DNA of 64,000 bases from a virus (lineage: Duplodnaviria; Heunggongvirae; Uroviricota; Caudoviricetes), in the IMG/VR virus record IMGVR_UViG_3300031555_002904; one strand, written 5' to 3'. Below, one piece after another: positions 46,553 through 57,614 of this stretch. Below the pieces are notes generated by a model, which was not told the origin of the DNA, ran no database searches, and worked only from the letters and a program-made list of their open reading frames with translations. A program made the position numbers and the translations under genes. The first letter of the stretch is position 1; each line of letters begins with the position of its first letter.

Positions 46553-47655
46553 TGTTAGTATTTGACAAAACGAAAATCAGAGAAGCTCTAACAGACGAAA
46601 ATATATACGATTTGTTGCAGGAATGGGGTGGAGACCCTGGACGTGAAGTGTTCGGGTTTACCTCCACTACCATCTGCCACAACCCTCCCGGTGAAGGAAG
46701 TAGAAAATTATATTACTATGAAAATACTGGGTTGTTTCGTTGTTATACAGGTTGTGATAGCTACTTTGATATTTTCGAACTAACTACTAAGGTCGCTAAA
46801 ATCCAATGGGATAAAGAGTTCGACCTAAATGACGCAGTTAGGTGGATTGCCCAACGATTTGGATTTTCTGGCGACCATGAAGACCGTCCAGAAGATGAAG
46901 CATTAGACGATTGGAAATACCTTGCTAACTACGAGCGTATTCAAGATGTTGTTGTGAAAACCAACACGGTCGTCTTAAAAGAATATGAAAATGATATATT
47001 GGAACGCTTCAACTACTCTGTGAAGATAGGTCCCTGGTTGCGGGAGGGTATTACCCAAGCCGCACTTGACCAAGCAAGAATTGGTTATTATCCAGGAGGA
47101 GACCAAATCACAATTCCGCACTTCGACAAAGATGGTCGATTTATAGGTTTGCGTGGGCGAACACTATGTGCGGAAGAGGGCGAGCGATTCGGCAAGTATA
47201 GACCTATGAGAATTAATCGTGAGTTATATAATCATCCTCTTGGAATGAATTTATATAATTTCAACAATAGTAAAGATAATATCAAACTGATGAAGAAAGC
47301 GATTATTTTTGAAGGTGAAAAATCTTGTTTGTTATATCAATCATATTTTGGATTGGAAAATGATATTTCGGTTGCGTGCTGCGGGTCGAGTGTGTCATCA
47401 TACCAGATACAAATGCTCATAGAAGCTGGCGCCGAAGAAATTATTGTCGCATTTGATAGACAGTTCCAAGAAATCGGTGATGAAGAATTTAAACATTTAA
47501 AGACTAATTTAGTAAGATTAAGAGATAAATATAAGACCTTTGTTTTGATTTCATTTATTTTTGATAAGAACATGATTACTGGTTATAAGGACAGTCCGAT
47601 TGACTGCGGCCCCGATACATTTTTAAAGCTATTTAAAGAGAGGATTGTTTTATGA
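46552..47655 (+). CDS. dnaG: DnaG-like DNA primase (zinc-binding plus TOPRIM)
   Basis: CHNPPGEGSRKLYYYENTGLFRCYTGC zinc ribbon; TOPRIM IIFEGEKSCLL...VAFDRQ. Confidence 0.75.
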   Translation: MLVFDKTKIREALTDENIYDLLQEWGGDPGREVFGFTSTTICHNPPGEGSRKLYYYENTGLFRCYTGCDSYFDIFELTTKVAKIQWDKEFDLNDAVRWIAQRFGFSGDHEDRPEDEALDDWKYLANYERIQDVVVKTNTVVLKEYENDILERFNYSVKIGPWLREGITQAALDQARIGYYPGGDQITIPHFDKDGRFIGLRGRTLCAEEGERFGKYRPMRINRELYNHPLGMNLYNFNNSKDNIKLMKKAIIFEGEKSCLLYQSYFGLENDISVACCGSSVSSYQIQMLIEAGAEEIIVAFDRQFQEIGDEEFKHLKTNLVRLRDKYKTFVLISFIFDKNMITGYKDSPIDCGPDTFLKLFKERIVL

Positions 47656-47969
47656 TGAAAGGTGTTATCTGGTCTTATGATAGAGCGGGTGATGGAATTG
47701 AAAAACTAAAATATATCAGAGATAGATATATTTGGTCTGGTATTAATCCTACTAGAGAAGTTTATTCTCGTCAAAATTCTTGGGTTGAGTTTGAGAATGG
47801 CGACATATGGAGAGTTGCTAGTGCTAGCGAGTCTAGTAGAGGTATTCGCTCCAATTATGCTTGGATTGACTCCCGGTGCAGTGAAGAATTCGTCGATTGC
47901 GTTATTAAAAGAACCTTGATTTGTTATAACGGTCCTCGACATTATGAATTTTTTCATGCCAAGGAGTGA
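47652..47969 (+). CDS. hypothetical protein
   Basis: ATGA overlap; 105 aa. Confidence 0.45.
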   Translation: MMKGVIWSYDRAGDGIEKLKYIRDRYIWSGINPTREVYSRQNSWVEFENGDIWRVASASESSRGIRSNYAWIDSRCSEEFVDCVIKRTLICYNGPRHYEFFHAKE

Positions 47970-48033
47970 TAATTGATTTGAAACATTTTTCAAATAAATA
48001 GTTGGTGGTCTACATGAAAGGAGGTTGAATTCT

Positions 48034-49770
48034 ATGGAATATCAACTTTTAGCATCTCGCATCCCGCCTAGAGAATTAAGTGCGGTCGAACAGGTGCTGT
48101 TTAATCGAGGTATTGACCCCGAAAATGTAGAACACTATTTAAACACAACAGATGAAGATATTCTTAATCCATAGATGATTATGAATGTCGCAGAGGGCGC
48201 AAAAGTCCTCGTGAAACACATTGCACAAGGTGACAAAGTTCTAATTTAGATTGATAGCGACTGTGATGGTTATACTTCAGCCGCCGCTTTAATCAACTAT
48301 TTAAATCGTCTTTTCCCCGGCTTTGTGCAATCTAATATTTACTATCGTATCCATACGGGGAAACAACACGGAATTCTTTTGGAAACCATCCCTGATGATG
48401 TAAAACTGGTTATCGCACCAGACTCTAGTTCTAATGACTATGATGAACATCAACAGTTGAAGTCCAAAGGAGTGGATGTGTTGGTAATTGACCACCATGA
48501 AGCAGATAAAATTTCCGAAAATGCTGTGATTATTAACAATCAACTTTGTGATTATCCCACCAAGTCTTTGTCTGGAGTTGGAATGGTATATAAGTTCTGT
48601 TCTTATATGGATGAACTCCTCAATGTTGATTACGCAGATGATTATTTGGATTTGGTCGCACTGGGCATGGTGGCCGACATGATGGACTTACGAGATTTTG
48701 AAACGAGACATCTGATTACACGCGGTCTTGAAAATATTCGTAATCCATACTTCAAAGGTATGGTAGACAAACAAGCGTATTCGCTGAAAGGTGAAATCAC
48801 ACCTATTGGAGTAGCTTTCTATATTGCTCCCTATGTAAATGCCACTATTCGAATGGGAACGCAAGAAGAAAAGCTCATGCTATTCGAGTCTATGCTTGAC
48901 TATCGGGGATATGAACTAGTCCCATCAACCAAGAGAGGATGTAAGGGTCAGCAGGAGACAAGAGTAGAGCAGGCTTGTCGTAATTGCACAAACATTAAAA
49001 ATAGACAGACAAAAGCAAGAGACGCAGCCTTGGAGAACATTGAACGCATAATCAAAGAAAAAAATCTGTTAGAGAATAAGATTTTGGTTGTCAAATTAGA
49101 TACTTTTGCGGCCGATAGAAACCTTACTGGTTTGATTGCAAACCAACTAATGGCGAAATATCAACGACCAGTTCTGCTACTAAATAAGACAGTAGATGGC
49201 TGGGAGGGTTCAGGAAGAGGATACGATAAATCGAAATTTGATAACCTAAGAGAATTCTTAAAGGAAAGTGATTTAGTCATGTATGCCGAAGGCCATGCTA
49301 ACGCATTGGGTGTTGGCATTACTGATGAAGCATTTAAAACCTTTATTGAATACTCTAATCGAGAACTCGCAGAATTTGACTTTACCCCATGTTATAAAGT
49401 TGATTTCATTTTCAATGGTGCTGATTTCCGTGGAAAAGATATTGTTGAAATCGCTGAACTCAAATCTTTATGGGGCCAAGGAGTCGATGAACCTTATGTG
49501 GCGATTGAATACATTAATGTATATGCAGGTAATGTAGTTTTAATGTCGCCCGATAAGAGTCCGACTCTGAAGATAACCTTGCCAAATGGCACGAGTTTAA
49601 TCAAATTCAAGTCGTCACAAGAAGAGTATGAAAAACTCCGCTCCGAATCCGGATGCATTACTATCAACGTTGTGGGTAAATGTGAGCGCAACGTTTGGAA
49701 TGGAACGGTAACACCACAAATTATTATTGAAGATTACGAAATCGTAGGAGAACAGAAATACTATTTCTAA
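48034..49770 (+). CDS. recJ: RecJ-like DHH/DHHA1 ssDNA exonuclease with in-frame TAGs at 48172 and 48247
   Basis: RBS AAAGGAGG. DHH motif I VLI-[TAG]-IDSDCDGYTSAA; motif III LVIDHHEA; DHHA1 C-terminal GGGH-like region. The ORF track sees only 48325-49770 because of the two TAGs. Confidence 0.8.
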
Positions 49771-49809
49771 TAAATAATGACGGCCTGATAGAAATATTAG
49801 GAGGAAATT

Positions 49810-50697
49810 ATGAAAAGAAAAATTATTTGTTTAGTTGCTATATTGAGCTTGTTATTCGCAGGATTGGCTGCTACGATTGCCATCACTGCCAGTGCAAATC
49901 AATCTATACCAACTGAACCAGTTGCTACTATTTCGGAAGCTTACATCCCTTCTGAGCCTTCTGAACCGGTTCTTGAAACCGAACCAGAAGAAGAGATAAT
50001 TATATTAGAAGTTGTAGAGGTCGAGCGTGTCGAACCTGCTACATTAGACGAGGCTAATACTGCATTAGAAGATGCCATCTTTCGCAAAGATACAACAAAA
50101 TCAGTGTATGAAGGATTATTGCTCTTGGGCTATGATACAGAACACCCGGCGGTAGTCATGGCTAAAACTGATTTCGAGAATGCTGAAGCAGATGTTGAGT
50201 ATTATACCGAACAACAGTTAATTCGCCAAGAGGAAGAGAATTGGAGAGGGCGCGCAGAGGAATATCCGGTCGCCACTCAAGCTTGGCTCTATATGAAGAA
50301 TGAACTTGGTTTTAGTGATATTGTTTGCGCTGGTATCATGGGTAACATGATGGCAGAATGCGGCGGTTGCTGGACTTCCGACCTTGACTGGGACGTAAGT
50401 AGTTCTAGTGGTTTTGGTATGATTCAGTGGTTAGGCGGCCGCAAACAGCAGTTATTTTCAATCTATGGAAATAATCCCAGTGTTGAAAACCAGCTTGACT
50501 TCGTAAAAGACGAATTATATGGAACTAATGGAGTGACTAAGCAGGTTACTGACAGTCAGCTCGATAAGATTATAAATGCAGAAACTCCTGAAGATTGTGC
50601 TTATGCTTTCGCTTGTTATTATGAGCGTTGTGGCGAAGGACATCGTTGGGTGCGTAGAGATTACGCAAGACGTGCTTACGAGTATTTCGTAGGCTAA
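49810..50697 (+). CDS. secreted lysozyme-like protein (paralog of the lysin middle domain)
   Basis: Signal peptide, acidic linker, AWLYMKNELGFSDIVCAGIMGNMMAECGG...MIQW. Confidence 0.6.
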   Translation: MKRKIICLVAILSLLFAGLAATIAITASANQSIPTEPVATISEAYIPSEPSEPVLETEPEEEIIILEVVEVERVEPATLDEANTALEDAIFRKDTTKSVYEGLLLLGYDTEHPAVVMAKTDFENAEADVEYYTEQQLIRQEEENWRGRAEEYPVATQAWLYMKNELGFSDIVCAGIMGNMMAECGGCWTSDLDWDVSSSSGFGMIQWLGGRKQQLFSIYGNNPSVENQLDFVKDELYGTNGVTKQVTDSQLDKIINAETPEDCAYAFACYYERCGEGHRWVRRDYARRAYEYFVG

Positions 50698-50705
50698 TAT
50701 AAATA

Positions 50706-50740
50706 GGGAACATAATTTAATATTATGTTCCCATTATTTT
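50706..50740 (+). terminator. rho-independent terminator
   Basis: gggaacataat/ttaa/tattatgttccc then ATTATTTT. Confidence 0.6.
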
Positions 50741-50760
50741 CATTTATAGGAGAAAATAAG

Positions 50761-51219
50761 ATGTCACAGTTACATTCAATTGCGGTGAATGGCACCGTAT
50801 ATGAACTACCATCAATGAATCAATTTTCAAGTCAAATACAAGATTTGGCTCGAGCTATGTCATCTACTGGGGTTACGGCTTATGAAATGACTTAGGCAAT
50901 TAAAAGAATGAATGAAGTTCTTTCTCGTCTAGAATATCATAGTAGTGAGATTACTGCTATTAAAGATGACTTGCATGATTTGCGATATGAGTGTGAAAGT
51001 CGAGATGCTGCATTACAAGCAATAATTGATATAGATGAAATAAAAATAGACGAGCTCCGGTCGGCCTTGGACGAGAAGACCGAAAACCCAAATCAAAAAG
51101 GGGATTTAGAAATTTTTTCCCAAATTGAGCAAAATCCATTTTTACCTGGTTTTGTCGACCTTGATAGTGAGGACTTTATACAACAGCGACCCTTATGGGA
51201 TTTTACCGTTGATTTTTAA
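50761..51219 (+). CDS. hypothetical protein with in-frame TAG at 50893
   Basis: RBS GGAGAAAATAAG; ATG 50761 shares a frame with ORF 50908-51219 across one TAG. Confidence 0.5.
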
Positions 51220-51247
51220 TATAAATTTTGGTATAATAAAAATAAAA
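51219..51247 (+). promoter_or_regulatory. conserved phage promoter
   Basis: TTGATT 51219-51224, 17 nt spacer, TGGTATAAT ending 51247. Confidence 0.55.
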
Positions 51248-51259
51248 AGGTGAATGTAA

Positions 51260-51538
51260 ATGAATAGAGAAGCACAAAAATTAGTAGAAAAATTAAATAA
51301 GGTTTATGTTGACCGAGACGAATTAAATCGAGTCTGTAAAGATAGGCTTGATTTTGGCTTTGATAGTATTTACTTCAGATTTGCTGAGGTATGTGATGAA
51401 TTAGCCATATATAAGGCTCGTGTTGAGCGCACTGACCCAATTGAAGAAAAGCGTCGTATGAATAGTCGTAAACAACATTTCTATATGACTCTTGAGCAAC
51501 TGGTTCATGCGCATGACCAGGAGGATGATATAAAATGA
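51260..51538 (+). CDS. hypothetical protein
   Basis: RBS AAAAGGTG; 92 aa. Confidence 0.45.
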   Translation: MNREAQKLVEKLNKVYVDRDELNRVCKDRLDFGFDSIYFRFAEVCDELAIYKARVERTDPIEEKRRMNSRKQHFYMTLEQLVHAHDQEDDIK

Positions 51539-52725
51539 TTTTAACAGCTAAACAAGAAGAGGGATTAAAGATTGCGGTTTCTCGTTATAAGTCGCATGAA
51601 GCCTACACTTGTATCTCCGGCTACGCTGGCACAGGTAAGTCTACATTGATTAAGTTTATCATTGCGGCCCTTGGTCTAGAACCCGAGCAAGTGTGTTATG
51701 TGGCATATACTGGTAAGGCCGCACAAGTGTTAAAGCAGAAGGGGTGTCCTAATCCTTTTACTGCTCACAAATTGCTTTATAAAGCAAAACCCATGCCAAA
51801 TGGCACTTTTAAATTTGAACCAAAACCCTCCTTGGATGATGGGTTGGAAGTTATTATTGTTGATGAGGTTTCTATGCTTCCAAAAGAAATGTGGTTGAGA
51901 TTGTTGTCACATCGCATTCATGTTATTGCGTGCGGCGACCCCTTCCAGTTACCTCCCATCGACAAGGATAGTGATAATCATGTACTTGACCATCCGCATA
52001 TTTTCTTGGATGAAATTATGCGACAGGCATATGATAGTGAAATTATTCGTTTCTCTATGTGGATTCGTGAAGGCAAGCCTCTTAACGAATTCCCTGCATC
52101 CGGTCAACAAGTAATGTTTGTAAAGCCAGAAGAAATCGTAACTGGAATGTACGATTGGGCAGACCAAATTCTTTGTGCGACTAACGCAAAGAGAAATGCG
52201 ATTAATATGAATATGCGCCAGATTAAAGGATTCGGACCCGAACCCGCAGTTGGTGATAAGATTATTAGTTTGAGAAATCAATGGGAGTTCTTCTCTAATG
52301 GAGTTGTAGACCCAGCTCCTTTAACTAATGGCACTATTGGAGTTATCCAGCGCACTGACCGTTATGATATGAGTCTTCCATTCTGGATTAGTGAGAAAAA
52401 AATTCCTATTTTATATACAAACATGATTGACGAGAATGGTGATGTATTTAATTATATTCCCGTCGATTATACCTCTTTGACTACTGGTGAGAAATTCTTA
52501 ACTGGTAAGCAAGAGTTCCAGATGCGTAAAAATCCTAAATGTCCTGACCCTCCATTCGAATTCGCCTATGCCTATGGTATTACTTGTCATAAAGCACAAG
52601 GCTCTGAGTGGGGTAAGGTAATGGTCTATGAAGAAGGTTTTCCTTATGAAAAGACCGAGCATGCACGCTGGGCATATACTGCGGCAACCCGTGCCAGTGA
52701 AAAACTCGTTTGGGTGAGACCGTAA
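51535..52725 (+). CDS. SF1B DNA helicase (Dda/RecD/Pif1-like)
   Basis: Walker A SGYAGTGKST; VIIVDEVSML; CGDPFQLPPI. Confidence 0.75.
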   Translation: MILTAKQEEGLKIAVSRYKSHEAYTCISGYAGTGKSTLIKFIIAALGLEPEQVCYVAYTGKAAQVLKQKGCPNPFTAHKLLYKAKPMPNGTFKFEPKPSLDDGLEVIIVDEVSMLPKEMWLRLLSHRIHVIACGDPFQLPPIDKDSDNHVLDHPHIFLDEIMRQAYDSEIIRFSMWIREGKPLNEFPASGQQVMFVKPEEIVTGMYDWADQILCATNAKRNAINMNMRQIKGFGPEPAVGDKIISLRNQWEFFSNGVVDPAPLTNGTIGVIQRTDRYDMSLPFWISEKKIPILYTNMIDENGDVFNYIPVDYTSLTTGEKFLTGKQEFQMRKNPKCPDPPFEFAYAYGITCHKAQGSEWGKVMVYEEGFPYEKTEHARWAYTAATRASEKLVWVRP

Positions 52726-52727
52726 GG

Positions 52728-52756
52728 TTGACTTATAATAAAAATTTTGGTATAAT
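52728..52756 (+). promoter_or_regulatory. promoter (TTGACT-17-TATAAT)
   Basis: TTGACT 52728-52733, TGGTATAAT ending 52756. Confidence 0.55.
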
Positions 52757-52789
52757 TATTATATAATAAATAAGTGAAAGGATATTCAT

Positions 52790-55700
52790 ATGGGAACATA
52801 TTTCAACATACATAATCATACGATGTATTCGAATATCCGTTTGCTCGATTGTATCAATAGACCAAAAGACCTCATTGACAAAGCGATTGAGTTAGGTCTG
52901 TCTGGCATTGCGATTACTGACCATGAGTGTTTATCTGCACATATGGAAGTAAATCAATATGCAAAGGAGATTAAAAAGAAACATCCTGACTTTATTATCG
53001 CTCTTGGCAATGAGGTTTATTTAGTAGATAAACGAGAAAATGGTATTAAATATTATCACTTTATCTTGACTGCGAAAGATGCTATTGGACATAAAGCACT
53101 TCGTGAATTGAGTTCTATCGCCTGGTATAATTCTTATGTTGACCGAGGAATGGAACGTGTTCCGATTACTAAAGAGGAACTGACAAAAATTATGTCCAAG
53201 TATAAAGGACACGTAGTAGCATCAACTGCGTGTATGGGCGGAGAGTTATCTACGGCCGCCTATAATATGGTGTGTGCGGAAACTGTAAATGATATGGCTT
53301 CTGCAAAAGTTTTTTATGACCAGATTTGTGATTTCATCACTTTTTGTAGAGATATTTTTGGTGATGATTTCTATATTGAGTGTGCGCCTTCAACTGCGGA
53401 AGACCAGTGTGCAACGAATCGCAAGTTATATCGTATCGCAATGGCATATGATATTCCAATCATTGTGGGCACTGACTCTCATTATCTGACAAAAGCAGAT
53501 AGATTTGTTCATAAATCTTATTTGAATTCAAAAGGCGGCGAACGTGAGGTTGATAGCTTCTATGAGTTTGCTCATCTGATGAGCTATGATGAGGTTTATG
53601 ATTTATTAAAGGATTGCTTCGGTGATGGCACAATCGCAGAGCAAATTCTAAATAATTCTCATCAATTGAGATTAAAATATCAAGAGTATTCTCTTGAAAG
53701 AAAACAAATGATTCCTAAGATTGATTTGCCTGATTATCCTGCATCAAATGAACGATGGAGATTTTCTAGCCATCCATTACTGAATGAACTTTTAACTAGC
53801 GATAATATTCAAGAGCGTTATTGGATAAATGAGTGTCTAAAGTCTTTAGAGGAAAAAGGTTTATTATTATATGATGAATACTTAACTCGTCTTGAGACTG
53901 AGGCTGATGTTATTAAAGATATTGGAGAGAAATTAGATGACTGCTTGTTCGCCTATTTTAACACCTTCAAACACTATATCGACCTATTCTGGGAATGTGG
54001 CTCAATTGTTGGCCCAGGTCGAGGCTCGGCCACAGGATTTCTGTCTAACTACCTCTTGGGCATTACCCAGCTCGACCCAGTTAGATGGGGCTTACCTTAT
54101 TGGCGTTTCCTTAACAAGGAAAGAGCCGAATTGCCCGACATCGACATTGACCTTGCACCATCAAAGCGACCCGCAATCTTTGACGCAATTCGAAGAGAAC
54201 GTGGAGAACTTGGTTTGGTCCAGGTTGCAACCTTCGGAACAGAGGGTACGAAATCAGCTATACTCACGGCTTGCCGCGGTTATAGAAGCGAGGATTACCC
54301 AGATGGAATCGATGTCGACCTCGCACAATACATGTCTTCACTGGTGCCACAGGAACGAGGATTCCTTTGGTCAATCAATGATGTCGTCTATGGAAACGAA
54401 GAAAAAGACAGACGACCCGTGGCTCCGTTCATACGTGAGGTAAACAACTATCCTGGTTTGTTGGATATTATTATGTCCATTGAAGGATTGGTTAATAAGC
54501 GTTCCTCTCACGCATCTGGTGTCATTCTATATGGTGATGACCCATTTGAAACTGCAAGTTTTATGAGAACTCCAAGTGGAGATTTAATTACTTGTTATGA
54601 CCTGCATAAGGCTGAGGCCGCCGGTGATACCAAGTATGACTTCCTGGTAACTGAAATTTCTGATAAGATTATCAAATGTTTTGAGTTACTTGTTGAAGAT
54701 AATGTAATTGAAAAAATGGGTCTGCGTGACCTTTATAATAAGTATATTCATCCAGAAGTGATTGATACAAGCGACCAACGCATTTGGGACCATCTTGCGG
54801 CCGGTGATGTGTTGGATGTATTCCAGTTCAGTACTGGCGTCGGCTTGGCAATTGCGAAGAAATTAAAGCCTCAAAATCCTATGGAGATGACTGCGGCGAA
54901 CGCTATGATGAGACTTATGTCTGAAAAAGATAAAGAGTCTCAACAGGATAGATATGTTCGTATTCAGCATCAAGGTTTGGATGTTTTCGACCGAGAAATG
55001 GATAAAGCAAACTTCACTCCCGAACAAAAAGCATTAATGCATAAGCATTGTGACCAGTATTGGGGATGTTGCGCTCTCCAGGAGCAGATGATGGAACTTC
55101 TAATGGATGTAGCTAGTTTCACTCTGGGTGAAGCTAACAATGCAAGAAAGATTGTTGGTAAGAAACAAATGAGTAAGATTCCTCAATTGCGTGAGCAGGT
55201 ATATGGAAACTTTGATGACGTTCGAGTGGCAAACTATTTCTGGGAGAATGCGATTGCACCTCAGTTGGGTTATGCATTTAGCTTGAACCACTCTCTACCT
55301 TACTCATTCGTAGGTATTCAGTCTATTTATTTCGTTATTAATTTCAATCCAATTTATTGGAATACTGCTTGTTTGATTGTTAACAGTGGTTCTTTGGAAG
55401 ATAATAGTGAAGAAGAGATTGTAGATATTTATGCTCCAGAAGCACAAGATTTAGCAGAGGGAGTTAAGTTTATTGACTTGCCCGATAAGTCTGCGAAAAT
55501 TCGTAGAACTGCGGCAACCGATTATGGTAAGATTGCAAAGGCGATTGGAGACATCCAAGCCGCCGGCATTAAGGTTAGTTTAGCTGACATTAATAAGTCT
55601 AAGTTCGGTTTCGCTCCCGATGTTGAAAACAATCGAATTCTATTCGGTCTAAAGGGTATGTTAAATGTAGGTGATGATGTGGTTGCGGCAATCATTGCGA

Positions 55701-56752
55701 ATAGACCATATAGTTCACCCAAGGACTTCTTGAATAAGGTTAAACCTGGTAAGCAAGCTATGATTTCTCTAATCAAGGGTGGAGCCTTTGATAGTATGGA
55801 AGATAGAAAGTTTACTATGGCCTGGTATATTTGGGAGACTTGTGATAAGAAGAGTCGAATCACTTTGCAGAATATGGGTGGTTTAATTAGACATAATCTT
55901 CTGCCTGAAAAGACTCCTGAACAGATTATGGCTCGTAGAGTATATGAGTTCAACAGATACTTAAAAGCAATTACAAAAGCTGATAAGTATACATATGCAG
56001 GAATGTATAGTCTTGATGAAAGAGCGATTGCGTTCTTACATGAAATTGAATGTGATGATATTATGGAAACAGATAACTTATCTTGGTATGTAAAAACCAA
56101 GGCTTGGGATAATATCTACCAGAAGCATATGGATGTATTTAGAAAGTGGATTGCCTCTGATAAGGAAGCTATCTTGGATGCTTTAAATACTGAAATCTTT
56201 ATGCAAGATTGGGAGAAATATGCTAAAGGAACTATTTCCGCATGGGAAATGGAAGTATTATGTTTCTATTATCACGAGCATGAGTTGGAGCATATCAATA
56301 ATGATAGATATGGTTTTGTAGACTTTTATAGTCTACCAGAAGACCCAGTAATTGAAAAGACTTTTACAAAGGGTGGCAAAGATATTCATATCTTTAAACT
56401 GAATCGTATCTGCGGCACTTGCATTGCAAAGAATAAGACAAAGAGTACGGTAACTATTTTGACTACAACAGGTGTTGTAAATGTCAAGTTTAGAAAAGAA
56501 TATTTCACAATGTTTGATAAGCAGATTTCTGAGCGTCAAGCAGATGGTACGAAGAAGATTATGGAGAAATCCTGGTTTAATCGTGGAAATATGATTGTGG
56601 TTACTGGTATTCGTTCTGGTGATGATTTCGTGTCTAAGAAATATGCTTCTACGGGCGGTCACCAGCTATATAAAATTGATGCAGTTCTTCCTAATGGAGA
56701 ATTGATTTTGAAAGACTCTCGTTATCAAGGAGGCATTGAGGAAGATGCTTAA
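52790..56752 (+). CDS. dnaE: DNA polymerase III alpha subunit (DnaE-type, PHP domain)
   Basis: N-terminal PHP motif FNIHNHTMYS...GIAITDHECL; 1320 aa. Confidence 0.85.
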   Translation: MGTYFNIHNHTMYSNIRLLDCINRPKDLIDKAIELGLSGIAITDHECLSAHMEVNQYAKEIKKKHPDFIIALGNEVYLVDKRENGIKYYHFILTAKDAIGHKALRELSSIAWYNSYVDRGMERVPITKEELTKIMSKYKGHVVASTACMGGELSTAAYNMVCAETVNDMASAKVFYDQICDFITFCRDIFGDDFYIECAPSTAEDQCATNRKLYRIAMAYDIPIIVGTDSHYLTKADRFVHKSYLNSKGGEREVDSFYEFAHLMSYDEVYDLLKDCFGDGTIAEQILNNSHQLRLKYQEYSLERKQMIPKIDLPDYPASNERWRFSSHPLLNELLTSDNIQERYWINECLKSLEEKGLLLYDEYLTRLETEADVIKDIGEKLDDCLFAYFNTFKHYIDLFWECGSIVGPGRGSATGFLSNYLLGITQLDPVRWGLPYWRFLNKERAELPDIDIDLAPSKRPAIFDAIRRERGELGLVQVATFGTEGTKSAILTACRGYRSEDYPDGIDVDLAQYMSSLVPQERGFLWSINDVVYGNEEKDRRPVAPFIREVNNYPGLLDIIMSIEGLVNKRSSHASGVILYGDDPFETASFMRTPSGDLITCYDLHKAEAAGDTKYDFLVTEISDKIIKCFELLVEDNVIEKMGLRDLYNKYIHPEVIDTSDQRIWDHLAAGDVLDVFQFSTGVGLAIAKKLKPQNPMEMTAANAMMRLMSEKDKESQQDRYVRIQHQGLDVFDREMDKANFTPEQKALMHKHCDQYWGCCALQEQMMELLMDVASFTLGEANNARKIVGKKQMSKIPQLREQVYGNFDDVRVANYFWENAIAPQLGYAFSLNHSLPYSFVGIQSIYFVINFNPIYWNTACLIVNSGSLEDNSEEEIVDIYAPEAQDLAEGVKFIDLPDKSAKIRRTAATDYGKIAKAIGDIQAAGIKVSLADINKSKFGFAPDVENNRILFGLKGMLNVGDDVVAAIIANRPYSSPKDFLNKVKPGKQAMISLIKGGAFDSMEDRKFTMAWYIWETCDKKSRITLQNMGGLIRHNLLPEKTPEQIMARRVYEFNRYLKAITKADKYTYAGMYSLDERAIAFLHEIECDDIMETDNLSWYVKTKAWDNIYQKHMDVFRKWIASDKEAILDALNTEIFMQDWEKYAKGTISAWEMEVLCFYYHEHELEHINNDRYGFVDFYSLPEDPVIEKTFTKGGKDIHIFKLNRICGTCIAKNKTKSTVTILTTTGVVNVKFRKEYFTMFDKQISERQADGTKKIMEKSWFNRGNMIVVTGIRSGDDFVSKKYASTGGHQLYKIDAVLPNGELILKDSRYQGGIEEDA

Positions 56753-56981
56753 ACGATATAAGGTAAAAAATATTTATACAACCAGAGCAATTTGTGATAA
56801 GTGCGGTGGGGAGTTAATCCCCACTGGCATTTGTCTCACTACTTATCCAGCACAATATCCTTATAAGTGTGAGAATCCCGATTGCGATGGTCATGCAACA
56901 TTCTGGGAGGGTGAACTTCCCGGCAAATTAGAATACGAATTTGAGGAGGAAGTTGACATATGTACAAAATTATTGCCTTAA
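56736..56981 (+). CDS. small zinc-ribbon protein
   Basis: CDKCGG...CENPDCDGH. Confidence 0.4.
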   Translation: MRKMLKRYKVKNIYTTRAICDKCGGELIPTGICLTTYPAQYPYKCENPDCDGHATFWEGELPGKLEYEFEEEVDICTKLLP

Positions 56982-57529
56982 TGGGCGAAGCTGGGTCTGG
57001 CAAAGACCGTACAATGTAGGCGGTAATAGAAGCCAACCCTGACCTCCATGAAATTATTAGCTGTACCACTCGCCCTATGCGCTAGGGTGAGGCACATGGT
57101 GTCAATTATTTTTATTATACTCCAGAAAAATTTGGATAGAAAGTTCTTGATGGAGAGATGCTAGAGTGTACCGTTTTCAACGACTGGTTCTATGGCACCA
57201 GCTATGACTCCGTCCGCAGCGATGGAGTAATCAATATTGGCGTATTCAATCCCACAGGCGTTGAGTCTCTCTTGGCTCGTCCGGATTGTGATGTAATTGT
57301 CTTTTGGATTCAAACCAATGACAAGATTCGTTTATTGCGCCAGTTAAACAGAGAAGAAGACCCTGACGTTAGAGAAGTTGTAAGACGTTTTTAGGCTGAT
57401 TACAATGATTTTGAAGATATTGATTTTAGTTATATCGGTCTTATCAACAATACTGAAGGCGACTTAGAAGACAACGTCAAGGAGATTTTGGTCCAGAGCG
57501 GACGCAGATTCGCTCAAGGACAAAAGTAA
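56960..57529 (+). CDS. gmk: guanylate kinase with 4 in-frame TAGs (57017, 57083, 57137, 57392)
   Basis: P-loop MGEAGSGKD; TTRPMR-[TAG]-GEAHGVNYFYY matches E. coli TTRQPRPGEVHGEHYFF; FYGTS. Stop is TAA 57527-57529. Confidence 0.75.
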
Positions 57530-57614
57530 TTAATTGATTAAGCACAAACACTATATTTAGTAAGAGGTTTTTTACGCCCACACAAAATATAGTTTTTTAA
57601 ATGGAGGTTTTATT